Notes: generated from the sequence alone by a model not told the origin. Shown: positions 27,348 to 36,123, counted from the stretch's first letter. The stretch is DNA of 38,319 nucleotides from a virus (IMGVR_UViG_3300025324_000023:1-38319), one strand, 5' to 3'. Numbers and translations: made by a program.

Positions 27348-27970
27348 ACTTTGAAGTAGCTGACCAATAATTTATCAGGATTTCCTGGTGATCCTTTTGG
27401 CGCATCGACCATTGTTATCGTTGACCCTGTTATTGAATAATCATCAGGATCTAATTGATCTATGCCATTTAATGTAACGGAGACGATAATATCCGGCGTA
27501 TTGGCCAGTGTGAAAGTAACATTTGTCCCATTGATGGCACCAGATGGGATTTCATTTGGAACCCATTTCGATTTAAATAAAACATCGGACGCATTGACGG
27601 TTGTCTTGATAAACGAAAGCGATGTTGTTGCCAGCGTTATCGGCGGATTAGTCGCCAATACAAAAAGAATATCTCCGTTTGTCGTCCCTTCCTGAACACT
27701 GATGATCGCACCAGAAACAATTTCACTAGATTCATCAAAATCGTCTGCTCGAACCCAGGCCGTTGTCTTTGCGAGATAGATTCCATTCTCTGATCCAACG
27801 GTTTGATCTTTAACCAACACACGATCATCGGCAACGAGTGTAAGACCATCAATCGTCAACAGTCCGCCAGTCGTTAAATCAATATCGGCTGTCGATGCGG
27901 CCCGTGCTGGTTTATGTAGACCTAGATCGAAACTACCTGTTTTAACTTGAGTTGAAAATCGTATTTTCAT
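27344..27970 (-). CDS. Virion fibre/decoration-like protein
   Basis: 'IDGLTLVADDRVLVKDQT..SENGIY....WVRADD' and 'EIPSGAINGTNVTFTLANTP...LNGIDQ...DYSITGSTIT' are common phage structural modules. Confidence 0.65.
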   Translation of the reverse strand: MKIRFSTQVKTGSFDLGLHKPARAASTADIDLTTGGLLTIDGLTLVADDRVLVKDQTVGSENGIYLAKTTAWVRADDFDESSEIVSGAIISVQEGTTNGDILFVLATNPPITLATTSLSFIKTTVNASDVLFKSKWVPNEIPSGAINGTNVTFTLANTPDIIVSVTLNGIDQLDPDDYSITGSTITMVDAPKGSPGNPDKLLVSYFKV

Positions 27971-28422
27971 GTTAAGCCTCCTGAATTCAATTTTTGAAGT
28001 TCTTCTGTATATCGTTCATGGGCGGCATGTTCCGTGTCAAAGTAGCCGAGATGTTTCCTAGCTTTATCAATCCTAATTTGTGCCCGCCAACGATTGACAC
28101 GTTTATGCCAATAACACCCCACCAATCGGCCTCGGCGATGAAGGCTTTTATTTTGCTGATTCTGCCGATTCGTCACAAATCGGAGGTTCTCACGGCGGTT
28201 GTTAAGCATGTCGCCGTCTATGTGGTCAACTTGAAATCCGTTCAAAGGAAACCCGGTGATATAGTGATGCATGAACTCGTGCCGCTGCTTGCCTTTGCCA
28301 GCAGGAATAACACATTTCGCATATCCTCCGCATAAAAACCACTTAACTTTGTTCAATACTGCAAACATATCATCATCAACAGTTGTAACCTTGTTTTGCG
28401 TTAGTTCAATTTTTTGAATCAT
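27967..28422 (-). CDS. HNH endonuclease with AP2 DNA-binding domain
   Basis: VDHIDGDMLNNRRENLRFVT..QNQQN, followed by GCYWHKRVNRWRAQI......HLGYFDTEHAA. Confidence 0.9.
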   Translation of the reverse strand: MIQKIELTQNKVTTVDDDMFAVLNKVKWFLCGGYAKCVIPAGKGKQRHEFMHHYITGFPLNGFQVDHIDGDMLNNRRENLRFVTNRQNQQNKSLHRRGRLVGCYWHKRVNRWRAQIRIDKARKHLGYFDTEHAAHERYTEELQKLNSGGLT

Positions 28423-28661
28423 ATTTCAACGCAATAGTGGACTTCTAATTTGTCACCAATTCGCATTTCTAAATCGGGATCAATGTAAATGATTTTACCG
28501 ATAAGAGAATAATCATTTTCTTCTTTATCTTGTCCAAGACCATTCAGAAAAACCTTTTCACTCTCGTTAATGAACGCAGATGGGAGATTGATTGTTCTGT
28601 CATCCAAATCTATTACCGATTTAAAAATTCTTCCGAATTGTACGTTATTATTCCCGTTCAT
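28419..28661 (-). CDS. Small protein paralogous to the C-terminal module of 27344..27970
   Basis: 'VFLNGLGQ....DYSLIGKII....GDKLEVHY' versus 'VTLNGIDQ...DYSITGSTIT....PDKLLVSY'. Confidence 0.6.
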   Translation of the reverse strand: MNGNNNVQFGRIFKSVIDLDDRTINLPSAFINESEKVFLNGLGQDKEENDYSLIGKIIYIDPDLEMRIGDKLEVHYCVEI

Positions 28662-28837
28662 AATTCATTATCCATAATGATTCGATTTGGTTTCTGGATA
28701 GGATTTATTTCCTGGCGAACATAAGTAAACCAACATTCGTTACAATAAAAAACCAGATAAAATCTAGGCTTGCCCCATGTTCTGATTTCGTAAAGAATAA
28801 CGTTTGCCAATTTTTTACAATGACAAATAACGTCCAC
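28658..28837 (-). CDS. 59-aa Cys-containing protein (not in ORF track)
   Basis: Manual translation from GTG: MDVICHCKKL...FYCNECWFTY...DNEL*; ATGA overlap with the next gene. Confidence 0.45.
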   Translation of the reverse strand: MDVICHCKKLANVILYEIRTWGKPRFYLVFYCNECWFTYVRQEINPIQKPNRIIMDNEL

Positions 28838-28839
28838 AT

Positions 28840-28926
28840 CTATTTATGGCCACCTTCACTATCTGCATTTGGACAATGGCCATTATTATCAAGTTCTTCT
28901 CCACAAATCGGGCATTCTACGTTCAT
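28840..28926 (-). CDS. 28-aa CxxC..C..H miniprotein, copy 2
   Basis: MNVECPICGEELDNNGHCPNADSEGGHK*; GAGGAG SD; ATGA overlap with the upstream ORF. Confidence 0.55.
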   Translation of the reverse strand: MNVECPICGEELDNNGHCPNADSEGGHK

Positions 28927-29102
28927 AATATTTTCTCCTCGGAAACAGTCGTTTCCTTTTTCCCATTTTCTGAAGAATTGTTTTTTATATTTTCGTCAAG
29001 CCATCTGAGGATTTCTCTAATGATAGAATGAGTTTCATTCGCTGGAAATGTATTCATCGTCTCTTTTACTCTTCCAAGAATAATCTCACTCGGCTTTTTC
29101 AT
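28923..29102 (-). CDS. 59-aa hypothetical protein (not in ORF track)
   Basis: MKKPSEIILGRVKETMNTFP...EEKIL*; starts immediately after the copy 1 stop (TAG ATG). Confidence 0.5.
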   Translation of the reverse strand: MKKPSEIILGRVKETMNTFPANETHSIIREILRWLDENIKNNSSENGKKETTVSEEKIL

Positions 29103-29189
29103 CTACTCATGATTTCCTTCGATATCTTCATTCTGGCATTTATCTTCTATATCGAATTCTTCTCCACAGATTGGGCATCGCGGCTTCAT
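29103..29189 (-). CDS. 28-aa CxxC..C..H miniprotein, copy 1
   Basis: MKPRCPICGEEFDIEDKCQNEDIEGNHE*; ATGA overlap with the MuF stop. Confidence 0.55.
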   Translation of the reverse strand: MKPRCPICGEEFDIEDKCQNEDIEGNHE

Positions 29190-31270
29190 TCTTCGCTCAG
29201 TCCGGGGATGAATGTCGATATAAAACACGAACAATTGCTTACTATTACTCTATTGCATGTGTATAATTTATAATCTGAACATTGGAGATCATAAACATGC
29301 CCGCGAAAATTGAACTTTCGAATACTGACGATATTTGCAGACGATATAAAGCTGGAGAATCTGTTAAGAAAATAGCGAATAGTCTCAATGTCTGTTTTAG
29401 GCCCGTCAAGCGTGTTCTTATCGAGAATAATATTAAATTGCGAACTATGAGAGAGGCTATGCAAAGTCGGTTTCTTTTCATTCCCTTCGAGAAGAGACAA
29501 GCCATGACGGCAGAAGCTCGAATCAGATCTCATCAAGTTACCCCTATCTTGATGAAGAAAAGATTTGCCGCGATGACCTTGGACCAACGTCGTGCTGTTA
29601 CAAAAAATGCGAACATTGCTAGCAGGGGAAGAAAAGCCGGATTTGAAGAACTCTGTTTTCGGGCTATCCGAAAAGAAGGATCTATTAAATTTTCCTCTCT
29701 TATCGAGATCGAATTGAATTCCCGCCTTCGTTCGTATGGTTTTATTACGACTCCACAAAAGGCGATTGGGCCCTATAATATTGATATCGCCATCCATGAA
29801 CCTCGCATCGCCGTGGAAATCTTCGGAGGAATGTTTCACTCTTACGGATGCCATTTGTTCAGACATAACAAAAGATTTAAATATATCCTCGATCAAGGAT
29901 GGGCCGTCGTAATTGTCTGGGTTGATGGAAAAAGATATCCGCTCGGGATCAGTTGCGATAATTACATTATCGCCTTCGCGAAGGAACTTCGATTTAATCC
30001 ATCCCTGTTGCGTCAATATAGGGTGATTCTCGGTAACGGAAATGCGGTTCCCACTGCTAAGAAGTATCTCAATACAAGGGCCATTATAAGAATTCTTCGC
30101 GCCAGCAATGGCATCAGGAGCATAAATTAATTGTCCCGGTAAAATGCAGCTAGGATGCCTCGGAATATCGACATTTTCTGGATCAAGAACTTTTCCATCC
30201 ATCGGCAAGCATATTGGGCAAGCTTCAGGGTTTGCATGCCACTGAACCTTATATCCCTTCTGCTTTACATATTCAAGCTGGGCCGAGACATATGATGAAT
30301 TCATTTCTGTGCGGGTTACACGGAGTGCGTTCTTATATGGCGAGGCATAAATTCCAGGTCCAGAAGGAGCAATCGTTTTCGCTTGTGCGGCGAGGCTGGT
30401 CCTTGTAAATTTTTCAATATCTTTTGCGACGGAAATAGCAGAACGTCCTTGGGCAATTCCATTAGCAACAATAGTTCTCATCTTGCTTAAATGTGATTGG
30501 CGTATATCCCAGATAAGACGGCTAAGAGGTTGGCCTGTTGCGTATGCTCCAATCTGCCGTGGCTTATGCTTAAAAGGGAATAAACCTTTTTCGATCCGCA
30601 TCTTTTTGACACGATTAAATATTTTCTGAAAAACACCGCTCGTCTTCAATATCCCAGGCTTTATCGGAGCTTCGATTAAATCGGATATTTGTTCTTCTCG
30701 ATTTACATCAATGTCAGAAAATCGTAAGGACACTTCCCTGTCATTACTTTCTTTTTGATCTTGGACGAAATCAGCACCGACTTGAGATGCGTCTCCCGTT
30801 TGGAAGATTCCATCTTTAATTGATTTTCTAACCGCGCTTTTGATAAGGACAGTAATTTCTGAATACGATTTATAAACAAAATCACGAATCCTCCCCAATA
30901 AGTGTCTTGATTTCGCGAACGGAATAATACCGGAATCATCCGACGCGTTCATAAGTAATTTAATAACTTTATCAGCCAATAAGTTATAAATATCCCCCAA
31001 TTCTTTTTCGATCTCAACCTGGAATTTCATCCAATCTCGCCGTTGTATTCGTTGATCAACAGCGATTTTATTATGCGCTTTTAAGTTTGGTTTCCGATCG
31101 AGAACATCCTTCGCATAGATCACGACTTGATCCTCATTCCCTTTCTTAATCAGTCCAATGAGGTCCGACTTATGTTTAGGGTTGGCCAGCACCGCAGGAT
31201 AGCGTGCACTGATTTTCTGAGTTATGCGGGAAATATCAAGCGTCGGCATCGCCGTTATTATTCTCTTCAT
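29186..31270 (-). CDS. MuF/SPP1 gp7-like head morphogenesis protein containing an intein
   Basis: 'NALRVTRTEM', 'ACPICLPMDG', 'IPRHPS|...|CSC'. Removing the intein gives 389 aa and restores the HPxCxC motif. Confidence 0.9.
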   Translation of the reverse strand: MKRIITAMPTLDISRITQKISARYPAVLANPKHKSDLIGLIKKGNEDQVVIYAKDVLDRKPNLKAHNKIAVDQRIQRRDWMKFQVEIEKELGDIYNLLADKVIKLLMNASDDSGIIPFAKSRHLLGRIRDFVYKSYSEITVLIKSAVRKSIKDGIFQTGDASQVGADFVQDQKESNDREVSLRFSDIDVNREEQISDLIEAPIKPGILKTSGVFQKIFNRVKKMRIEKGLFPFKHKPRQIGAYATGQPLSRLIWDIRQSHLSKMRTIVANGIAQGRSAISVAKDIEKFTRTSLAAQAKTIAPSGPGIYASPYKNALRVTRTEMNSSYVSAQLEYVKQKGYKVQWHANPEACPICLPMDGKVLDPENVDIPRHPSCILPGQLIYAPDAIAGAKNSYNGPCIEILLSSGNRISVTENHPILTQQGWIKSKFLREGDNVIIATDPERISFSINPDNYDGPSLIEDIFKSFVMSEQMASVRVKHSSEDFHGDARFMDGDINIIGPNRLLWSRNKTIRTKAGIQFDLDKRGKFNRSFFSDSPKTEFFKSGFSSPASNVRIFCNSTTLVQGHRGKSFLHQDRGNLMRSDSSFCRHGLSLLEGNEKKPTLHSLSHSSQFNIILDKNTLDGPKTDIETIRYFLNRFSSFISSANIVSIRKFNFRGHVYDLQCSDYKLYTCNRVIVSNCSCFISTFIPGLSEE
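29262..29287 (+). promoter_or_regulatory. Candidate promoter and SD for the antisense endonuclease
   Basis: Two perfect TATAAT at 29262-29267 and 29269-29274; weak -35 TTACTA 17 nt before the first; GGAG at 29284-29287, 9 nt before ATG 29297. Confidence 0.55.
29297..30130 (+). CDS. HTH + Vsr/DUF559-like (PD-(D/E)xK) endonuclease, nested antisense inside the intein
   Basis: N-terminal HTH 'ICRRYKAGESVKKIANSLNV....VKRVL'; nuclease 'S.IE..L...L...G....Q..IGPYNIDIA....IAVEIFGGMFH.......R...ILDQGWAVVIVW'; 277 aa from the ATG. Confidence 0.85.
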   Translation: MPAKIELSNTDDICRRYKAGESVKKIANSLNVCFRPVKRVLIENNIKLRTMREAMQSRFLFIPFEKRQAMTAEARIRSHQVTPILMKKRFAAMTLDQRRAVTKNANIASRGRKAGFEELCFRAIRKEGSIKFSSLIEIELNSRLRSYGFITTPQKAIGPYNIDIAIHEPRIAVEIFGGMFHSYGCHLFRHNKRFKYILDQGWAVVIVWVDGKRYPLGISCDNYIIAFAKELRFNPSLLRQYRVILGNGNAVPTAKKYLNTRAIIRILRASNGIRSIN

Positions 31271-32873
31271 CTTTTTTTAAAAACGGATTTTTTATTTCCG
31301 CATCTCTTTTCTCTTCCTCGTCATCGATGTCAGCGTCATCCGCCTTTGCCTGATTCGCGTCCCGTTCCATTTTCCGTTGTTCATCCTCCCAGTTGTATCC
31401 GAGTTTCTGTGCTAGGGTCTCATTCGAAACGATACCCATCGCCTGATGTATCTGATAGGCCTGAGAATCCTGTAACATATTCTGGGCAATAAGAGGTGGC
31501 CAGTTCACATCGATATCTATTTTCGTCTGGACTTTTTCTTTGACGACGATATTCCCGTTGCTATCATATGCTTCTTTGAAATCAAACCACTTTTTCATCC
31601 GTCGAACGAGAGTCACGTCATGAGCCTTCTCACGCATGACTGTCTCTTGCGACAGTGAGGGGAGAAACTTGTTTTGTATAGCGTAATTCAAAACCCATTT
31701 GAATATATCGCAAACATAGTATTCGATGAAATCCTGGAGATATTCGATCTTGCGCACGAAAGGATTTTGGGCAATCATCGTTGACGAATAATTACTATTT
31801 GAGGCATCGCCTAATAAAAACTCTGGAGCTTGTGCACCAGCTAAAATCGCCATGCGAATAGCTCGGCCATCTTCTTTCGCATCATCTGCTTTCACATCTG
31901 GAGAAAGCCATTTATATTCCACGGCGTCATTATGGACAAGAACAGTTCCTGGTTTCGGCATCCGTTTTATTTTCTTACCACCACGGCCTACACGCGTACT
32001 ATCGGGCGTCGCGTTATCCGCTGTCGTCACATCCGCCGGGGAACCTTTAACAATCATCTCAAGATAAAATGCCGTCTTCGTTCGGTTGAGCACAATGCGA
32101 TTAAATAACCAATCGGAATAATATTCACAAAATTTCATGATTGAGGCGAACGGAGGTTTTCCCCGTTCCTCATCTTTGCATCCGAATTTAATGTGAATCA
32201 TTTCGTTCCCCGGAATAATTTCTATATCCGCATCGCCCTTGATATTTCTATATGGCCTATGAAATTCAAGAATCTTTTCCCTGTTTTTCGGATCACGAAC
32301 GATATTGGTTATCTCCCAATAGCTATAAAGTCGCATCGCCGGATATTTTGCCGCGAGGTTATTGGCATCTGTTGTGAAGAATCGGACATAACATTCCCCT
32401 GCTTTTAGAAATTTCTCAACGAGATCCCGATCCCGTCCATCGAATTCGTTTATCTTTATCCATTCGTGGACATAATCCTGGACTTCCTGTGATTCATCGA
32501 GTGGTGAGATTTTCATTCCCTGACCTATCGTGAAGAATAGAAACCCATCGATCAGCCCACGATAATTTGGGTCGATCTCGTACCGTTGATAACTCGCATC
32601 TTTCCATTTACGCAAATCCTCAACGGTAGGAATAACGCCATCCGGTAATCCAGTTGTAATATTGCGCCATGTTCCGTCTGGATCATCCTGGATTTCCTGG
32701 CTCTTGGCACCCGGTATTATTCCGGGAAGAGCGAATTTCCGAACGTCATCTTCTTCTAGTTTGCGAATGTAATCGTTTTCGATGAGTTGAAAATTGTAAG
32801 GCTGGATTGGTTTATCTTCGATATCGATATCAAAATCTTTTAGAGGAATTGATGGCTTATGTCCATTATTCAT
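31236..32873 (-). CDS. Portal protein
   Basis: 545 aa, immediately after terL; 'GECYVRF','RGKP','APEFLLGDASNSNYSS','GIVSNETL...LGY'. Confidence 0.88.
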   Translation of the reverse strand: MNNGHKPSIPLKDFDIDIEDKPIQPYNFQLIENDYIRKLEEDDVRKFALPGIIPGAKSQEIQDDPDGTWRNITTGLPDGVIPTVEDLRKWKDASYQRYEIDPNYRGLIDGFLFFTIGQGMKISPLDESQEVQDYVHEWIKINEFDGRDRDLVEKFLKAGECYVRFFTTDANNLAAKYPAMRLYSYWEITNIVRDPKNREKILEFHRPYRNIKGDADIEIIPGNEMIHIKFGCKDEERGKPPFASIMKFCEYYSDWLFNRIVLNRTKTAFYLEMIVKGSPADVTTADNATPDSTRVGRGGKKIKRMPKPGTVLVHNDAVEYKWLSPDVKADDAKEDGRAIRMAILAGAQAPEFLLGDASNSNYSSTMIAQNPFVRKIEYLQDFIEYYVCDIFKWVLNYAIQNKFLPSLSQETVMREKAHDVTLVRRMKKWFDFKEAYDSNGNIVVKEKVQTKIDIDVNWPPLIAQNMLQDSQAYQIHQAMGIVSNETLAQKLGYNWEDEQRKMERDANQAKADDADIDDEEEKRDAEIKNPFLKKDEENNNGDADA

Positions 32874-32883
32874 GATTATCTCC

Positions 32884-34392
32884 TCAAGAAAAAATCTTGC
32901 TCAACTCTTCATCTTCGTCATAAAAATATTGTGCTGGCGGCGAGTAATTCCTTGGCTGAGCATTACAGAAACAAAGAGCAAGACTATCTGCTTCATCTGG
33001 AGAATCGAATCCACGTGATTTGTAATCGTCCTTCGGTTCTATTTTCTTTTTCCCATTAGATAATATTTTCATTCTGCGATTCAATAGTTGCGAATTCAAT
33101 TCCTCATCAAACGGGAAACCGATCTCCATACGTTGCATCAGTTCAGCAAGATTATCATACATCTGAGTTGAATAGTCAGCAAACTTTTCGGTATTTTTAA
33201 TTCCACTTCGTGGATCTTGATCATCAATTGGTTTGCCGCCAAAGTTAACCGGTATGGCTTTGTTATGAAATCCAAGTTCGACTAATCGATCATAAACACC
33301 TGTCCCGATACCAGTTACATCAAGATATACCCGATAATATCCCTCCTTGAAAAGACCAACGATCTTGCCTACTGTCTCCATCGTATTTCGGCCACTATAC
33401 TTCTCAACTGCAATAACTCGCATACCATCCCGTTTGGTGATCACTGTCTTATCCCCACCGATTGAAGCTATATCCACACCCGCTACTTTAATCCCATTCA
33501 TCCTAGAGTTTGACATTCCGGCCCCATTAGCATATTCAAGCCAATCAGTTTCGATAAAGGCGTCAACAGACCTAGCCGGAGCGATCCCATTTACCTTGGC
33601 CTTATACGTGGGATGGTTTTTGCCATATTTTTTGGCCATATCCTCTACCCATCGTTTAGTAACCATGCCGGGAATAATCTCTCTGCCAGTTATAACGTTA
33701 GGTGTTTTCTCGCAGTCGAGTCGTATATTATGCCACCCTGAATTTGGTTGGCATGCCTCATAGAATGGGCCATAGTTTATGATCGGGTTTCCGAACGCTA
33801 TAAAACGAGAATAAGAACCTGTCATAAGAGATTCAGACTGTTCCCATATGGCGCGTTCAATGGCCTGGGCTTCGGAAAATATGACCATTTGATTTGGACT
33901 ATGAAACCCATGAAGCTTACCTGGTTGATTCTTCACTTCTTTGGTAGCAAATCCCATGGCGTACCATTTGCGCGTTTCATCAATAACAAGTTTCTTGGTT
34001 ATGAAATGGCCTGGGAGTTTATATCTGGCATGATTAAATGCCTCAGATAATTCGCCCCATATAATGGCCGAAACTTGACGATCGCTAGCAGAGGTGGCAA
34101 TAACGATTGATGGTTCGAAGCAATAGAGAAACCAGAGGATCAAACGAGCTGTCGTATAATCTTTAGAGCAAGAATGCCCAGATGGAATGACAATCTTTTC
34201 GTGTTGGACAATGGCCTTACAGATATCATCTTGCCCCTTCCACCAATGCTTAACATCTAGGACACTACTTAAGAAGAGTTTCGGATCTTGCCGATATTCT
34301 TTAAGCTCTGGTGGTGGATGGTGAATATCCCAAATGGGTGGGCCACTGATCTCCGAGGCGATCTGAGATAAGAGATCTGAGATTGGATTCAT
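32884..34392 (-). CDS. terL: Terminase large subunit
   Basis: ATPase half with variant Walker motifs (SGHSCSKD, IFSEA) and 'GNP'; RNase H nuclease 'GVDIA..GGDKTV', 'DVTGIGTGVYDRL', 'SPDEADSL'. Confidence 0.92.
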   Translation of the reverse strand: MNPISDLLSQIASEISGPPIWDIHHPPPELKEYRQDPKLFLSSVLDVKHWWKGQDDICKAIVQHEKIVIPSGHSCSKDYTTARLILWFLYCFEPSIVIATSASDRQVSAIIWGELSEAFNHARYKLPGHFITKKLVIDETRKWYAMGFATKEVKNQPGKLHGFHSPNQMVIFSEAQAIERAIWEQSESLMTGSYSRFIAFGNPIINYGPFYEACQPNSGWHNIRLDCEKTPNVITGREIIPGMVTKRWVEDMAKKYGKNHPTYKAKVNGIAPARSVDAFIETDWLEYANGAGMSNSRMNGIKVAGVDIASIGGDKTVITKRDGMRVIAVEKYSGRNTMETVGKIVGLFKEGYYRVYLDVTGIGTGVYDRLVELGFHNKAIPVNFGGKPIDDQDPRSGIKNTEKFADYSTQMYDNLAELMQRMEIGFPFDEELNSQLLNRRMKILSNGKKKIEPKDDYKSRGFDSPDEADSLALCFCNAQPRNYSPPAQYFYDEDEELSKIFS

Positions 34393-35057
34393 TAAGCATC
34401 TTCCGAATCTCCGGCCATCGCATTGATGACCGACATCTCTTGTTTTTCGAACTTCTTGGATAAGTGCATAAGCTCTTCCGCGATATCCTTTTTCATGTCC
34501 AATCGATTACTACAATGCGGGCATGAATTGGGTAGCTTTTTCATAACATTAACGACCTGAAGTACTACTTCATAGGCGACCCGAATATCTACGGAAACCC
34601 GCTGGCTCTCACTGAATCCCTGGGTCTTCATTAAAAAAATAAGCAATGCGGTACTACCCTTATCTGTCCGATCCATTGATCTAGCGAAGGCAGTCTGAAA
34701 AAGGACCTCTCTCGTTTCAGAGATAATTGCTTTTACATATTTCTTAAATTCGGGATCACTTTTAATCCATTGACTGGCCACTTCCCTATCTACATTTGTC
34801 GCAAGGCAAGCACCATATATGGTTCTGTATTTCTTAAGACTTTCAAGAAAAGCAGGTTTAAGAAAATATTTATCTTGTTCCTGGTTAGTCGAATTGGATT
34901 TAAGCTTAAGTTTTGATTCGTCTATTGGTGGGAGAGTACTCTTAGAGACGTATTTATAATTATCGGCGAGATTAGGCTCATATCTTCCTGGTCCCGGGCT
35001 GGTACCTTTTTTTTCAATTTCCCTGGCGATACTTTTATCCTGTTTCTTTCGAGGCAT
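34392..35057 (-). CDS. terS: Terminase small subunit (putative)
   Basis: HTH 'FLESLKK..TIYGAC....V.R.....W...DPEF', 'TALLIFLMKT'; 1-nt overlap with terL. Confidence 0.7.
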   Translation of the reverse strand: MPRKKQDKSIAREIEKKGTSPGPGRYEPNLADNYKYVSKSTLPPIDESKLKLKSNSTNQEQDKYFLKPAFLESLKKYRTIYGACLATNVDREVASQWIKSDPEFKKYVKAIISETREVLFQTAFARSMDRTDKGSTALLIFLMKTQGFSESQRVSVDIRVAYEVVLQVVNVMKKLPNSCPHCSNRLDMKKDIAEELMHLSKKFEKQEMSVINAMAGDSEDA

Positions 35058-35108
35058 ACTTATTTATATATTAATAATTAACTAGGAATGTGTTTCCATA
35101 TTGGTTAT

Positions 35109-35360
35109 TTATCCGTCAGTATAATTAGACTTTTCCCGTATATTCTCATCTGTTATTTTCTGATATATTAAAAATAAACTGCTATTAAAATCTCTCGTAT
35201 ATCTAAGATCAATACAATCAAGATGAACTTGAATAGCTTCACAGATTCCATCTTCTTTTGTTCCGTCTATTGGTATTAAAATTGTTTTAATATCTGTTCT
35301 TGTTTGACAAACAGGACAGGGGATCGTATTGGTGTTAAAGTGATCAAAATATTTAAGCAT
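35109..35360 (-). CDS. Hypothetical protein (CPVC...HLDC)
   Basis: 83 aa ORF, overlaps the upstream gene. Confidence 0.55.
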   Translation of the reverse strand: MLKYFDHFNTNTIPCPVCQTRTDIKTILIPIDGTKEDGICEAIQVHLDCIDLRYTRDFNSSLFLIYQKITDENIREKSNYTDG

Positions 35361-35733
35361 TATTTATCGGTTCTTTTATATTTATTTTTATTCTTTTAAG
35401 TAATATAAATTTATGTATTGATATAGATGAAGCCAATTCCAGCTGATTGTCTATTTTCATATACTTTATAACAGTTTTAACAATTGGGCTATATAGAAAG
35501 AGGCAGAAAAGAAGGAGCCATAATATATAGGCGAAATTAAGCAATATAAGCAAAAGAGAAGATAGTGCAATCAATAAAATCATCGTGAAATTAATTAATC
35601 TGTATTGTCGGCATATATGGCGTTCTATTCTATATTGGAGAGAATCTAATTGAGCCATACGTTTACAGATTTTATTTATTTCTATCCACTCGTTGATATT
35701 TTTTCTCTTGTTTATGACAACGTGGGCATTCAT
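35353..35733 (-). CDS. Hypothetical membrane protein
   Basis: Long hydrophobic stretch (about two TM segments). Confidence 0.5.
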   Translation of the reverse strand: MNAHVVINKRKNINEWIEINKICKRMAQLDSLQYRIERHICRQYRLINFTMILLIALSSLLLILLNFAYILWLLLFCLFLYSPIVKTVIKYMKIDNQLELASSISIHKFILLKRIKINIKEPINNA

Positions 35734-35854
35734 ACACGAGTTCTAGTAATAGATCTGGCGGTCTATTTTTTTTCTCATTTATTTCAATAGAGCGGGCGCT
35801 AAGTGGGATGCTTTTTTCACATCTATTAAAAAAGCATATAAGGCGTGATTTCAT
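35672..35854 (-). CDS. Small Cys-containing protein
   Basis: 60 aa, CxxxxC ... CPRC. Confidence 0.5.
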   Translation of the reverse strand: MKSRLICFFNRCEKSIPLSARSIEINEKKNRPPDLLLELVYECPRCHKQEKKYQRVDRNK

Positions 35855-35856
35855 AT

Positions 35857-36123
35857 CTAATGGGATGTATTATTAAATTTATCGAGATAAAATTCAACCT
35901 GTTCCCGCCATTGTGCCATTGCGGTTCGTTCGCTTTCGAATAATGTTTGTTGTTTTAGAATCGTATTAACAATTCCGACGCCATCCAAGAGATATTTAAT
36001 AACCAACAATATTTCTTTCATACAGCAAGAGCATTCGTGTGTTACTTGATTATGAAGGTATTGTTGATGATCACAGGCGCATAAGGTAGAACCCACATAT
36101 GTTGGATAAAATTTCATTTTCAC
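35857..36123 (-). CDS. Hypothetical protein
   Basis: 88 aa with a Cys/His cluster. Confidence 0.5.
   Translation of the reverse strand: MKMKFYPTYVGSTLCACDHQQYLHNQVTHECSCCMKEILLVIKYLLDGVGIVNTILKQQTLFESERTAMAQWREQVEFYLDKFNNTSH

Larger units (their letters stand above)
29234..30148 (-). mobile_element. Intein (305 aa, Cys1...Ser-Asn, Cys+1) lacking an in-frame homing endonuclease
   Basis: Block A CILPGQLI, block B VTENHPILTQQGW...LREGD, block F GHVYDLQ, block G IVSN/C. Confidence 0.92.

Noticed and set aside
27994-28335. Antisense ORF within the HNH-AP2 gene
   Set aside because: It covers only part of the gene and shows no motif; likely chance.
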